Source of the DNA: Callorhinchus milii
Taxonomy: Eukaryota
Length of the DNA: 64,000 nucleotides
NCBI RefSeq assembly: GCF_018977255.1
Contig: NW_024704742.1
Span: 100,008,001-100,072,000 of the forward strand
Direction of reading: 5' to 3'
The notes below the pieces were generated by a model. The model did no database searches, was not told the DNA's origin, and saw nothing but the letters and a program-made list of their open reading frames with translations. This document shows positions 50,455 to 62,860 of this stretch, piece by piece (the stretch's first letter is position 1; every line of letters begins with the position of its first letter). Position numbers and translations under genes: made by a program.

Positions 50455-53400
50455 ACTTCTTCCCTGACCTCCTCCATTGCCCCCCGTCCAACCACCCCTC
50501 CCTCCCTCTCTGGCTTTGATCCAAGTATAGGCACAAGCACCATCCCTTCTGTCTCCCCTCTATGCTGTCCCCCCTAGCCCCCACCATGTCTGTGGGCTGA
50601 TGATGCCCCACTGATCGCCTTGCTCCCAGCCTCGAGGTGCATATTTGGCTGTCGCCCCGACCCGAGCCACCCCGTCCCAAAATGCCCCCACTCGTACTCC
50701 CCACCCTTTGTTACTCACACTCAATCCTTCTCTCCTCCTGTCCTCCCCGTCTTCCTCTCCCACCTGGACCCTCCCACGGCCTCCCTCTGCTCCAGCATGG
50801 GCATCCTCCGTCGGGCTCACTGCGGCACTTGGCAATGGCGGTTCCAGAGCAACCACCCTGACTGCCACATCACCCACACACTCCACAAGGACTGCCTCCC
50901 TCGCCTCTGACAGGTAAACTCCCCTTCTCTCGTCCACATCCTTCCCAACTCTCATATTTCCTGTGTCCTGTCCACATCCTTCCCCTCATACCCAACAGTC
51001 GTTTTCCCCCCACAATCTAGAAGCCCCCAACCCCTCCCCCGCCTGTGCCCTCACTCATATCGCCTTCAAAATGTCCACTCCCTCTCAAATAAAGCTCTTA
51101 CAATTGTCCACCTCATCCTGGACAAATAATTCGATGTTCTCAGGCTCACGGAAACCTGACTCTCCCCCGGTGACCCCACTCCCCTCGTCGAAGCCTCCCT
51201 GCCTGGTTACATTTCTCACCACACCCCGCTCATAATGGGTTGATTTCAATCTTTATCTGAATTCTCCCTGCCCCATCTCCTCTGACTTTGCCACCTTCCT
51301 CTCCACCCTAAATCTCACCCTCCATTTAAACTCCCCGACGTACAACCATGGCCACCCCCTTGACCTCAACACCACCCATGGCCTTGACATCTCTGATTTG
51401 ATCATCACAGACAAGGCCATCTCAGACCACTTCCTCTTCTCCCTCTCCTTTCATATCACCCTCCCCTCCTCCATCTTTATCTGCCAATGGAAAAAGCTTC
51501 CCCTCACTTCCCTAACAAATGCCCTCTCATCCTTGAACCTTTTCTTCGTCTGGCCTCCCACCCACGGTGATCCAAACGCAGCTATCAAGCTGCTAAACAA
51601 TCACCTCTCCTCAACTTTCAATTCCTTGTCCCTTTGATAGCCAGGTCTGTCGCCAAGACTCCGCCTCCCCCTTGTACAGCATTCATCTCCGCTCCCTCAA
51701 ATCCCAAACCCAGTTGCTTGAGCACAGATGGCACAAAACCAGCCTCACGGTTTACCGACAACTGTGGCTCCAGCATCTTCATACCTACTGCCACTCCCTC
51801 GTCTAAGCTAAAATCACCTTCTATTCACAGGTCATTCTCGGGGCCAAAAACGAAAGTCCTGTTCTCACCACCTCCTCCACGCCCACTCTCAAGCAGCCTC
51901 AATCCTCACTTCCTCTGCCCACTGCTGACTGGCACAATCAACCAGTCCCTCTCCTCAGGTTCTGTCCCATTCCCCCTCAAAACCACTCTGCAGCCCGTGT
52001 CCTCTCCTGCACCAAACTCCATGACCCCACCTCCCCCACTCTCACCCGACTCCATTGGCTCCCTATCCTTCAGAGGATTCCAGTTCAAGATCCTGGTCCT
52101 CACATATAAAGCCCTCCATGGTCTCGCCCCACCCTACCTCTGCGACCTCCTAACCCCCTACCAACCTGCCCGTTCCCTCTGCTCGGCCGGCTCTGGACTG
52201 CTCCACGTCCCCCGACTCACCCGCCCCACCATTGGCAGGAGAGCCTTCAGCTACTCTGCCCCCAACCTCTGGAATTCCATCCCCCAGTCACTCCGTCTTG
52301 CCCCCTCCTTAGCCTCTTTCAAGTCCTGCCTCAAGACCCTCCTCTTCGACCATGCCATTGGCCACCCCCCTTCCCCTCCCCCTCCTTACCCCCCAACCTA
52401 GCTCAGGTCTGAAATGCTGTACTCTGTCCAGCACCTTGGGAAGTCCTCCCGACGTTAAAGGCGCTATACAAATGTAATCTTGTTGTCGTTGTCATCACTC
52501 CTCTCCTTAAAAATCTACCCTGGATCCCTCCAACCTCACAAACTTTAGACCCATCTCAAACTTGCCCTGGCCAAAGTTTTGGAACGCGTTGTTGCAAATC
52601 AACTTAGTTCACACTTCTCTCCACTCCCTACGCAAACTCCTCCAGTCCGGTTTTTGCCCTGCTCACAGCACAGAGACAGGACTCGTCAAGGTAATAAATG
52701 ATGTCCTCTCTCTGTGACCAGGGCCCTCTCTGCCTCCTCGTTCTCCTGGACCTCTCCACCACGTTTGACACAGTCGATCACCACATCCTTCTCCACTGCC
52801 TCTCCTCCCTCATCCACCTTAGTGGGATCACACTTACATGGTTCAAGTCCCACTTAATGAACTGCCAAAAATACATCTCAGCAATTGTTTTTTCCTCCTG
52901 TTCCCCCAGTCATGTGTGGACTATCCCAAGGCTCCACACAGGTACCCCTTCTTTCCTTACCAGGAACATGGAGACAACTTCCACATATATGTGGATGACA
53001 CCCGAATCAACTTCTCTTCCAGCTGCGACTCTCATTTCGCTGATATCCTGTCAGCTTGTTTGATGGACATCAAGGCCAGGATGAGCGCAAATTTCCTGCT
53101 GCTGAATGTCAGCAAGACGGAATCCATACTTCTTGGCTCCCATCAACATCTTCTCTCCTGCGGGTCTGAACTTCGCAACCTCCCTCAGAATCACCGAACC
53201 CATGTTCAACTTAGGCGTCAGGTTCGATCCACAGCTTTTCTTTCTGCACCACACCCATTCCCTGACCAGAATTACTGTTTTCCACCTCCGTTATGTTGCC
53301 CGCCTCCATTTGTATCTCACAACCAACGCAGCTGAAATTTTTGTCCACACCATTGCCACTTCCCAGCTGGACTATTCCAATGCCCTCCCCGCTGGTCTCC

Positions 53401-53830
53401 CCAGCTCCACCGTACATAAAATGCAATTAATCCCAAGTTCCACCGCCTACATTCTCAGCCACACAAAACTCCATACCCCCATCACACCAGTCCTTGCCAG
53501 GCTCCACTGGCTCCCAATTACCGAAAGGCTCAATTTCACGATCCTCTCACTCATTTTTAAATCCCTTCATGCCCTCGCACCTCCTTACCTATCCGATTTA
53601 ATCATCCCCCACTCCACCACCCACTGCCTCCACTCGGCTGGCTCCGGGCTCTTGTTTGCCCTTGTCCACACCACTCCACCATCAGTGGCTGTGCCTTCAG
53701 CCACTACGCCCTGAAACACTGGAACTCTCTCCCTCAATCCCTCCACCTTGCTCCGCCATAGTCAAGCACTCCAGGACGCTACTCTACGTGATGGGCGCTA
53801 TATAAATACAAGTTATTGTTGTTGTTGTTG
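50455..53830 (+). mobile_element. Near-full-span, internally deleted L2 LINE (APE endonuclease and RT remnants)
   Basis: LQNVHSLSNK..LTET, G-DFN, TYNHGHPLDL, ISDHFL (APE motifs 51060-51440); LLDLSTTFDTVDH, IYVDDT, LDYSNAL..LHWLPI (RT and C-terminus); tail (TTG)n. Confidence 0.92.
51988..52490 (+). mobile_element. L2 3' fragment nested inside the older L2
   Basis: FKILVLTYKALHGLAPPYL..LWNSIPQSLRLAPSLASFKSCLKTLLF with its own tail. Host sequence resumes at 52491. Confidence 0.9.
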
Positions 53831-54454
53831 TGATCTCCAACCTGAAACTAGACACACAGGAAAACACACATAGAAAGTATGCTTAGGAAAATCCATGTTG
53901 AATATCCAGCAACTCCAAAAATACCAGGTTAAAACAAGTGCTATCACACCATAAACAGCTCAGTTAAACAGTAAACTTTACACTAAAAGAATGTAAATAT
54001 ACTGCAAATATCATGTTTGGGAAATGCAGTTTAAACATTAGTTATTTTAATAACTGTTCGCAATTATTCAATATCTTATTATCATTTTTATTAAATTATT
54101 ATCTTAGCTATGTCAAGGGCTTCATCGTGTTAGTGTAATGGCAGAAAGTGCTGGTTGCTGTAAAGCTGCATTTTAAACTTTGTTTACGACTGCCATTTGG
54201 GTGTTCTGAATTGCATATATATTCAAAACTGAATTCAGTCACATCTGGTTTATGCATGTTTCATACGGAATGTATTATACACATGTGAACTTTCACCAAT
54301 TTTACTACTTATACTGCACAGGCAGCATCAACTGGATGTTTTCACAGAATAAATCAGGATCAATTTGATTCTAGACCTGCTCTCGATTCACAAATCAAAC
54401 ACGCACACTGGAAGCAATGTAAAGCGTCTTTGTACTCCGGCTGATTTAAAAAAT

Positions 54455-54645
54455 AACAACAACTTGCACTTAGATAGTGCCCTCCACGCAGGGCAGCGTC
54501 TCAAAGAGCTTAACAGTGGCGGAGCCTGACTCTGAGGGGGTGGGGGGAAGGGGCCGTAAGCACGGGTGAAGAGGAAGGTTTTCAGGCTGGACCAGTTGAA
54601 AGAGCGGGGAGAGCGGGGGCAAGGCGGAGGAATTGAGGGAAAGTA
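54455..54645 (-). mobile_element. L2 3' end
   Basis: aacaacaacttgcacttagatagtgccctccacgc.., same tail type as 3368-3447. Confidence 0.8.
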
Positions 54646-57600
54646 TCATTTTTTAGGTAGAAATAACCTTTGAACCTTAACAGTAAATCAAGCTCAAAAG
54701 TTCTTGAATAGTCCATTGGGCCTCCAGAAAGGTTTTTGATATCAGGATTGGGCTGGACGTGCAACCGAATACTAAACTGTTGCTTCACATTTAGTTCTAG
54801 ATGTGCAGAGCTCTCCTCAGCACTTGTACAATGCAATATTAAAGCAGGAAATATAAGATTTGTTTCACACTGAAAACTACTTTACTGCTGGGATCAAGGG
54901 CAAGTCACTTCAGTGATAAAAATTCAGCATATAGTTAATTAATTGAGATGAGAGTCGATATCCCCCTTCTTTCAGTTTTATCTTGGTGGAATATAGTCAT
55001 TGAACCAGTTTTATCATTACAAATATTGAGATTGCTACAGCCAAATAAGAAAGTAATTCCAATCTCTCCACAGGGACCATTCACTTAAGAACAGATCTAC
55101 AACTTCTGAATTTATTCAGCCTCCCGACTGAGCAAGTGAAATTCACAGGCGAGAAACATTAACACGCTATTCTCATCACTGGGGTTTCCCCAGATGGAGC
55201 CATGAACCAAACTTTCATCCGTGTTACTATCGACTCCCAGAGTAAAGCTCACACTCACATCTACTTCTGCCTGGAACTTACTTTCCATCGCTACGTTCTA
55301 ACATTTCACAACTCCATCGAAGGAAAGCTTTCTATTTTGCAAGTTGAACAACCTGCACAAGATATCTTTAAAGAAATAGAAACATAAAAATGTGTGGGAA
55401 AGAGCAGGAATTAGGATTCCCAGTGGAGGAACGGACACTAGTTTAGGCTGAAGGTGGCTCTCCAACACTCTCATTTCTAAGATTCAGTAAATATGTAGGA
55501 CCAGGAAAGACCATTGCAATCTATGGGAAGTTCTCATTTTCAAATACCAGCTCACGTAACGCCAACACCCTCCTGTCATGCAGCTTCTAGATCAGTCGTA
55601 GATAAATAACGGCATCATTTGCATATGTATAAAATATACCAACTTCTACATTGGAGAAACTAGCTCAGGATAGTGTGGGGCCTGTGTAAACAGATGACCC
55701 CCTCCAGGCCTGTTACCCCCCATTTCACTTCATCACAATGTTTTGGGCGGGCTTTCGTGATAAAATATCTAATCACCAAACTATGCTCATCATTCACTTT
55801 ACAGCCTATAATCCAATAGAGTTTAATCCAATAGAGGCCTCAATAGTTTTTATCCATTTGCCAGCACATTAACACAGCTTTAACTCCTCACTTTCCAGAC
55901 AATCAAGATAGTTTCGCTCCAATATTGGAGGCTTAAGTCTAATACTGCATTTTATGTGAGTGTGAAATAGATACATGGGTGAACAGTGTGACATGCGCTG
56001 TGATAGTTACCACTGGTGATAATTAGCCCACGTCACATTTTGTTCACCCCATAGTTTTCAGCACGTTTGATATCTCTACAGAAGCAGCGATTTTAAATGC
56101 AGCAGTAACTTGAGTTGACTTGCAAGTTGCAGCATACTCTGTGCCCCAGGGACTGACTGCAATCTGTCTGGAGCGTAAAAGTACCAAATTGTACATGATA
56201 TGACATGAATGTCAATAATTAGGCATATTATCTTCATAAAGAATCTTGAAGGCTGAATGGTAATTCACTCATGTTGTTCAATATTTTGTAAGGATGTGAT
56301 TCAGGACTGTTAAAGGTGGCTTGTCCCCTGAGGACAGCGTTTTAATTAATATTTAAATTTATGATAATAGCCCATCAACTTACCTACAGCATCAAACAGA
56401 TGTTGCATCATTTCTATTATCTCATTTTCTTGTCAGCTTCGTCCAACAAGGCAGAATCACGAAACCATTTAGTTGCGGGATTCAAGTCTTTGATTTGCTC
56501 CGTGTCCTGGCTTGAGACCTCTCCTTGGCATATGAAGCCATTTCTCCAGTGCATTTAGGAAATATGAAAACAATACCCCGCCCCCCAATCCCCCCCAGTA
56601 AAATCAGAGTAATCACTAAAATTTGCCAGCTCAAAAAGCACGTTAAATGAAATTAAATTTCCATGCCATTGTGTGCGGAAATGAGTTCTGTCAGATGTTT
56701 CAGGGTAAGCTTGTACTTGCTGGAAGAAGGAAAACAATTTATCTGTGAACTGTACAAACACAGCGCGAAAAATGATTTCAGTTCTAAACAACACTGTGTC
56801 AGATCATCTAAATGGCTTTGTGATTAATAACCCCTTCAGCAATTTTAAGAGTCAGAACAAGGGCAAAAATAGAAGACTAAATATTTTAGAGGAAGTGTGC
56901 TACATTCTAAAAACCATGTTTCACTTTGAGCTGAATAACATGATAGAATTACATGTTGCTCGTAAGTGTCAAATGTTTTACATTAGATTTCTGTTGTTAT
57001 GGCGATGGCCCATATCAGACACAACTATGCAATTAAACCAATAAACCACAAAGGATAGATTCTGCCCTCGACCCCCCCCCCTCCTCCACCCCCAAAGAAA
57101 AATAGCACACAAAGCCTAACGTGATCTGTTCAAACTCATCACAACGATTCGGTTTGACAAGCTTTGCTTTCCTAATTCACAGGATTACATCAGAACTGTC
57201 AGCATGCATAAAACAGCAATATCTGGAAATCACGTGGCAATCACGAGGGGAGACGGGAGCAAATATGAAAGATGAAGTAAGTAAGACATTTTTAAAACAT
57301 GATTAATTGGCCAGATTGATCAACAGTCAAGCAATCTGAAAGGAGAGTTAAACCCCATTGGCAAAGCAAGCTCACTTCCTATTTTTCTCTTTACTCCCCT
57401 CCATTAGAGTGAAAAATGTGATTTTCAATGTGATAATTAATATACTGTTTTATCAAGAATTCTGCTCTGAGAAATCTCCCAATTGATGATCAGTTAACAC
57501 TTTCGTAAGCTGACTGTTATTGATCCTGCCACCTCACAGATACCAGATTTGAAAAGCCAAGTTAAGTCACCAACAAATTGTCTTGCTATAGAACTTAACT

Positions 57601-57869
57601 CCTGATTTTTTACAATCTGTTTTTGAATCTTCATTATCTGTGGTTCACATGGACTGCACTGGTGTCTTTAAAGCCATTCATTCAGCCAATGAGAAATCTT
57701 TTGAAGTAATTCCAAAATGAACAGTGGGCCCAGGACATGATGAAGTTAAAGTTAAGTTATAGCTTTCAATGTGTATAAATATAGATTAGATAGAATTGTA
57801 GAAAAGAGAAAATAATCAAAGATTCAATGGAGAAATAAAGGCAATAGGATGAACACAGGCGTAACAGGG

Positions 57870-58516
57870 AGGGTGGATGAAGGCAGTGCAGTTGGTGTAG
57901 TTTATATGGATTTTCAAAAGTCGTTTGATAAAGTGCCATATAAGAGACTTGTAAGCAAAATAGAAGCCCACGGTATTACAGGGATGTGACAGCATGGATA
58001 CAGAACTGGCTGGGAGACAGAAAGCAGAGAGTGGTGCTGAACGGTTGTTTTTCTGACTGGAGGGAAGTCTGCTGTAGTGTCCCCCAGGGATCAGTAATGG
58101 GACCACTGCTGTTTTTGATTTATATAAATGACTTGGATTTGGGGCTAGGGACTACAATTTCCAAGTTTGCATATGATACTAAGCTAGGAAAAGTAGTAAG
58201 CAGTGTGGAGGATAACAGTGAGGTCAGTAACCCAAGGACTCTGATTTAAAATAGTTGTTAAAAGAAACAGAGGGGAGGTAAAGGGAAATTTTTTTACACA
58301 GCGAGTTGTTTGGATCTGGAATGCATGGTCTGAAAGGGTGGTGGAAGCCGATTCGATAACAGCTTTTAAGAGAGAAATAGATAATTATTTGGGGAGGGCA
58401 AGTGTGCAGGGCTATGGGGAGAGAGCGGGGGAGTGGGATTGAATTGGATAATAGATTTGAATTGGAAAGAGCCGGCACAGACATGATGGGCCAAATGGCT
58501 GTGTAATTCTATGATA
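57870..58516 (+). mobile_element. CR1 LINE fragment with an internal deletion near 58220
   Basis: MDFQKSFDKVP..WIQNWLGDRKQRV..VPQGSVMGPLLFLIYINDLD..SKFAYDTKLG, then jumps to the 3' end. Confidence 0.93.
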
Positions 58517-58580
58517 TTTTATAGTTTCAGTTTTATTTAAAATATTATTTGTAGAGCTTATTTTACAACATTACCTTACC

Positions 58581-59002
58581 ATCCTTACATTTGGTATCAC
58601 GCCTTTCACTCAGGAAGAAGTCTTGAAGCCCTTCACAGGATATATTGTGAAGTAGTCACTGTGTATTTTGTGGGCGAACGGGGCAGCCAATTTGCATACA
58701 GCAATGTCCTACCAACAGCCATGAAGTAAATGACCAATTTTATTCGGGGTCAGGACACCAGGAGAAACTCCCTTCTCTGTGCAAACAGTGCCATGGGATC
58801 CTTAACATCCACCTGAACAGGCAGACGGGACCTCGGTTTAACATCTCATCCGAAGTACATCACCTCCAACAATGAAGCACACTCCAAGCACTGCAATGGA
58901 GTGTCATCTTAGACTATGTAAATTGAAGTCTCGAGATGGGGCTTGAACCCACATCCTTTTGACTCAGAGCAAGAGTGCTACCAACTGAGCTAGGCTGACA
59001 CT
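58581..59002 (-). mobile_element. DeuSINE-type SINE, full length
   Basis: rc head agtgtcagcctagctcagttggtagcactcttgctctgagtc..gggttcaagccc, core, tail. Confidence 0.9.
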
Positions 59003-61467
59003 TGACTCAACAACGTTGCCAATATGCTAAAAATTAAACCTACAGTGTCAAAGAGAAACAAAACTTGAGCAGAATTTTTTTAATGAAATTAATGTTTCTG
59101 CTGAATAATTGATCTGCAGTATCCTTGACTTCATCTTACAACATTAGAAACCTAGGAAGAGTAGCCCATTTGACTTGCTCTGCCATTGCTTGCGATCATG
59201 GCTGCACTTCATCTTTTTAATCCCATTTCATTGCTCCATTATGTGCCATTAAGCTCAACCTCCAGTTTTCAGTGTGTAAAAATATCCTTGCTAGAATGCA
59301 TTTGCGTTTATGTAAGTTACTTGATCAGCGGCTATCTTTTCAAATGCATAGTGTGCCTCTTATTAGCTGATGTTGAAAAGTGCTTTGTACAGAAATGAAT
59401 TGATATTCTGATCAGACACTTCATTGAGGCAGGACAAAGCTGCATTCTGGAGCAATGTAAATTCTCATCAGTGTTACAATCAAGAGGTCAAGTATAAAAT
59501 TAGACTTCAAATTTGTGACAAAGGGATCTGTAATTTTAAGTAATGTGATGTTATCATATTGACCACATTTTCTATTGTAACTGTCCTTTCACAATCTAGT
59601 AGATAGCTAAAAGCTTCGACATTTATAAGCATTTGACGTTTATTATGTGACTGATAAGGTTTGGGATTTACATGACCATGTATAAATTAAATGTCATAGC
59701 AATTACTGATAACAAAGGAGTTTCGCTTTCCTAATGAAATTCAAAGGGGTCACAGACCCACTAGGGGATAGAACAATAACAATCAGCATGGCTGTAAAGG
59801 CACTGAACCTTACTCTGCTGCTAAATAACGTGACAGATGCAAAGCAAGGCACCGACATGACGGCTGGCTGGAAATCAATACCATAGCTGTGAGATTGTAT
59901 GGATCAAATTGTTACTACATGCAGAAAATTATGAGTTACCATACAACGCTGTTCTGAGGAGCGGTGTCGAGGCTGCAAAATCAAATCTTAAAGACAAGTG
60001 TATGCATTTCTCACACGTGCTTAAGCAGATCAGAAATGTCATGTCATTCGCACCAGACCTTACGAGAGCTTCAAGCCATACTGGTGTCACATTGATTAAA
60101 GGTCATGATCTTTTACCACTGTGCCGCCAGATCCATTCTGAAAATAAATGCAGCGACAAAATTGGAAAGTAACAAATCGCTCCAGCTGCTGAAAACCATC
60201 AGAGTCAGTGGCAACATTAGAGGCATTTAATACCAACAATGCTCAATCATTACTGATAAAGCAATGCTGACATCCATTAAACCTTGTCATGACACTTTTG
60301 TATACTTCATGCACAAGGACAACTGCAGTTCTATTCTAGTTAAAGAAAATTGTGATTTAATTATCAGTAACATAATTGTTTTGAAATTAATGAGTTTGAT
60401 TCTTTACAGGAAATGTCTTTCCTTCTTGAAATGGTATGCTTTGTGCACCAAAGGACTTCTCTTTCTTTTAAAAAAAATTATGAAAACAATTTGTGGCTTG
60501 GCTCTGAAATCATAGTGATATATAATTGGATGTCAGAATACCAGAAACCACTTTCAGAAATCATGATTTTGTAACATTTCCAGAAAAAATATAACAGTGC
60601 CATGGTTTTCAAAAAAGGTCCAGTTTGCTCTCTTTTTTTTGGCTACAGTCTCCTGTTGTGTCAATCAGGCTCATTTTCAGCCAGAGACTACTCATTTACT
60701 GATCAATACCGAGGCTAATTGGGGTGAGAGGTGACCATATTCAGCAGTTATAAGTGCATTTCGCATGCTATCAATCTTTTACATTAACACTGCTATAATG
60801 AAGTAAAAGAATGTAAGTGAAATTGGCCTCACCCACATTTTCTTGTCACTGTGCTCAGCTGTTAGCTATAATGCGGCAAACATTGCCCTCTAGAGGAAAT
60901 TGCATGCAAACTCTTTTTAAAAAACGAAATGCAATCATTACATTAAAGGTCCAAACTATACTTAGGTGCAGCATTAACGAAACAACACGTGGCACCCAAT
61001 AACTGACCTTTGAGCAAACAAAGCTCACAATCTTGCTTGTCTGGCATAGAATCCATGTATTGACGCTTCCACGGCAAACATTCTCTGCAGAAGGATCCCA
61101 AACACAACAAAAAGTGGAAGGATGCAACAAATTGTGGCTTTGTCAATAGCAATCCAGAATGACAACTCAGAACAATTCTGGACCAACACAAAGAAGGGAA
61201 GTCAGAGAGCTGCAGGAAGCTACTTTTGCTGCAGTTATTTAGAAAGAGTATCCGATGTACATTAATGAATGAATACTATATTATTCAATGGATAAGTTGC
61301 TATTGAATGCTTTACAACAACAAAATTACATTTACCACTGAACACTGCACAGCATTTTTAACCTTCTTGATCCCACAGCACAGCAGTTACAACATAGACA
61401 AAGCCCAACAAAATGAATCAATATCTGGATCTGTTAAGACTGACATATAGAGGTGGCAGAATTAAAT

Positions 61468-62155
61468 CAACAACAACACAACAACAACAACAAGATTCCA
61501 TTTATAAAGCGCCTTTCACGTCAGGAGGACGTCCCAAGGCGCTGCACAGTTGGGTCATGACCCGAGCAGGGGGGAAATGGTCAGGGTGAGGGGAGGGATG
61601 GGAGGGAGCGAGGAGGGGGAAGAGAGTCGAGAGGGGAGCTGAAGGCTCGGTCAAAGAGAAAGGTTATGAGACCGGCCTTGAAGGAGGAAAGGGAGGAGGC
61701 GGCGAAGGCACTGGGGGATGGAGTTCCAGAGCCTCGGGGCTGAAGGCCCGACCACCAATGGTAGGGCGATTGGGGCGGGGGACGTGGAGCAGACCGGAGC
61801 CGGAGGAGCGGAGGGTACGGGCAGGTAGATAGGGGCATAGTAGGTTGGAGAGGTAGGAGGGAGCAAGGCCGTGAATGGCCTTGTAGGTGAGGATGAGGAT
61901 CTTGAAATCAATCCTCTGGGGGATGGGGAGCCAGTGGAGGCGAGCGAGGGTGGGAGTGATGTGGTCCCGAAGCCTGGTGCGGGACAGTACACGAGCTGCA
62001 GAGTTCTGAATGACCTGCAGCTTGTGGAGGGAGGTGGCGGGAAGGCCAAAGAGGAGAGAGTTCCCATAGTCCAGCCTTTAGGTGACAAAGGCGTGGACCA
62101 GGGTTTCAGCAGCATGAGGGGTGAGGTAATGGCGTAGTCTGGCGATGTTCCGGAG
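61468..62155 (-). mobile_element. Young L2, 5'-truncated (~690 bp)
   Basis: LRNIARLRHYLTPHAAETLVHAFVT*RLDYGNSL..LHWLPIPQRIDFKILILTYKA.., CpG-rich, (TTG)n tail. Confidence 0.96.
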
Positions 62156-62814
62156 AACATCTTCTCAAAGTTAAGAAGATGCAAAATATTTTCTGTTTTA
62201 AATATATTTTATGATTTTATTTGCTGTGAATCTTCATTTTCAATACAGGATAGGTTTGCACATTTGGTTTTATATTGTTAAATAATGTGTGAGATATTAC
62301 ATAGCTCTTCCTTGAACATGCAGTAGTTGAAAGAACAAATGCTACACAAGGAAAATAGATGGCAAGCCTGCTTTATAACGATGAGTGAAGCTGATCTGTT
62401 ATTGACTTCCCGTGCGATATGCGCCCTTATTGAAGGGCATTTTCCATGAGTGCATAACCTGGAATGTACCTGCACACTTAATGGAAATCACCTTTAAGCG
62501 ATTTATCCACAACATAAAAACTGGTCCTTTTCATTGCAGATTTCATGCATCTGCCCAGATTTTCAATTCCGTAAATTGCTAGGAATTTGTGGAGAGTAAT
62601 GCAAAGAAATCCAAGTTGCTCTCAGTTCAGAACAGTACGTTATATGGATACAGCCACCTTGTTTAAAACCTAATCAGGATGAATATGAAATTAGGAACAT
62701 ACAGGATTGGAAAAGATTCTTTTGGCCCATTTATCTTATCGATTTCCAATTTGTTGTCACAATTTGGCTCCACATGCAGAAACATTTCAGGCATGAGTAG
62801 ACCAGTGATCTATC

Positions 62815-62860
62815 CGTCTGGCGTGGAGGGCGCTATATAAATCCAAGTTGTTGTTGTTGT
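62815..62860 (+). mobile_element. L2-type 3' tail (third variant)
   Basis: cgtctggcgtggagggcgctatataaatccaag(TTG)n. Confidence 0.75.

Noticed and set aside
51634..53714. ORFs of 255, 165 and 202 aa
   Set aside because: Chimeric or frameshifted L2 ORF2 remnants in C-rich, stop-poor sequence
59855..59960. LYGSNCYY peptide resembling a C-type lectin N-terminus
   Set aside because: Stop codon follows shortly, no further lectin motifs, no splice signals
60943..61191. Cys-rich minus-strand ORF (CRECLP..YMD..CELC) reminiscent of a TNFR or EGF repeat
   Set aside because: Cysteine spacing is incomplete, there is no convincing acceptor site and no neighbouring exons. Likely chance.
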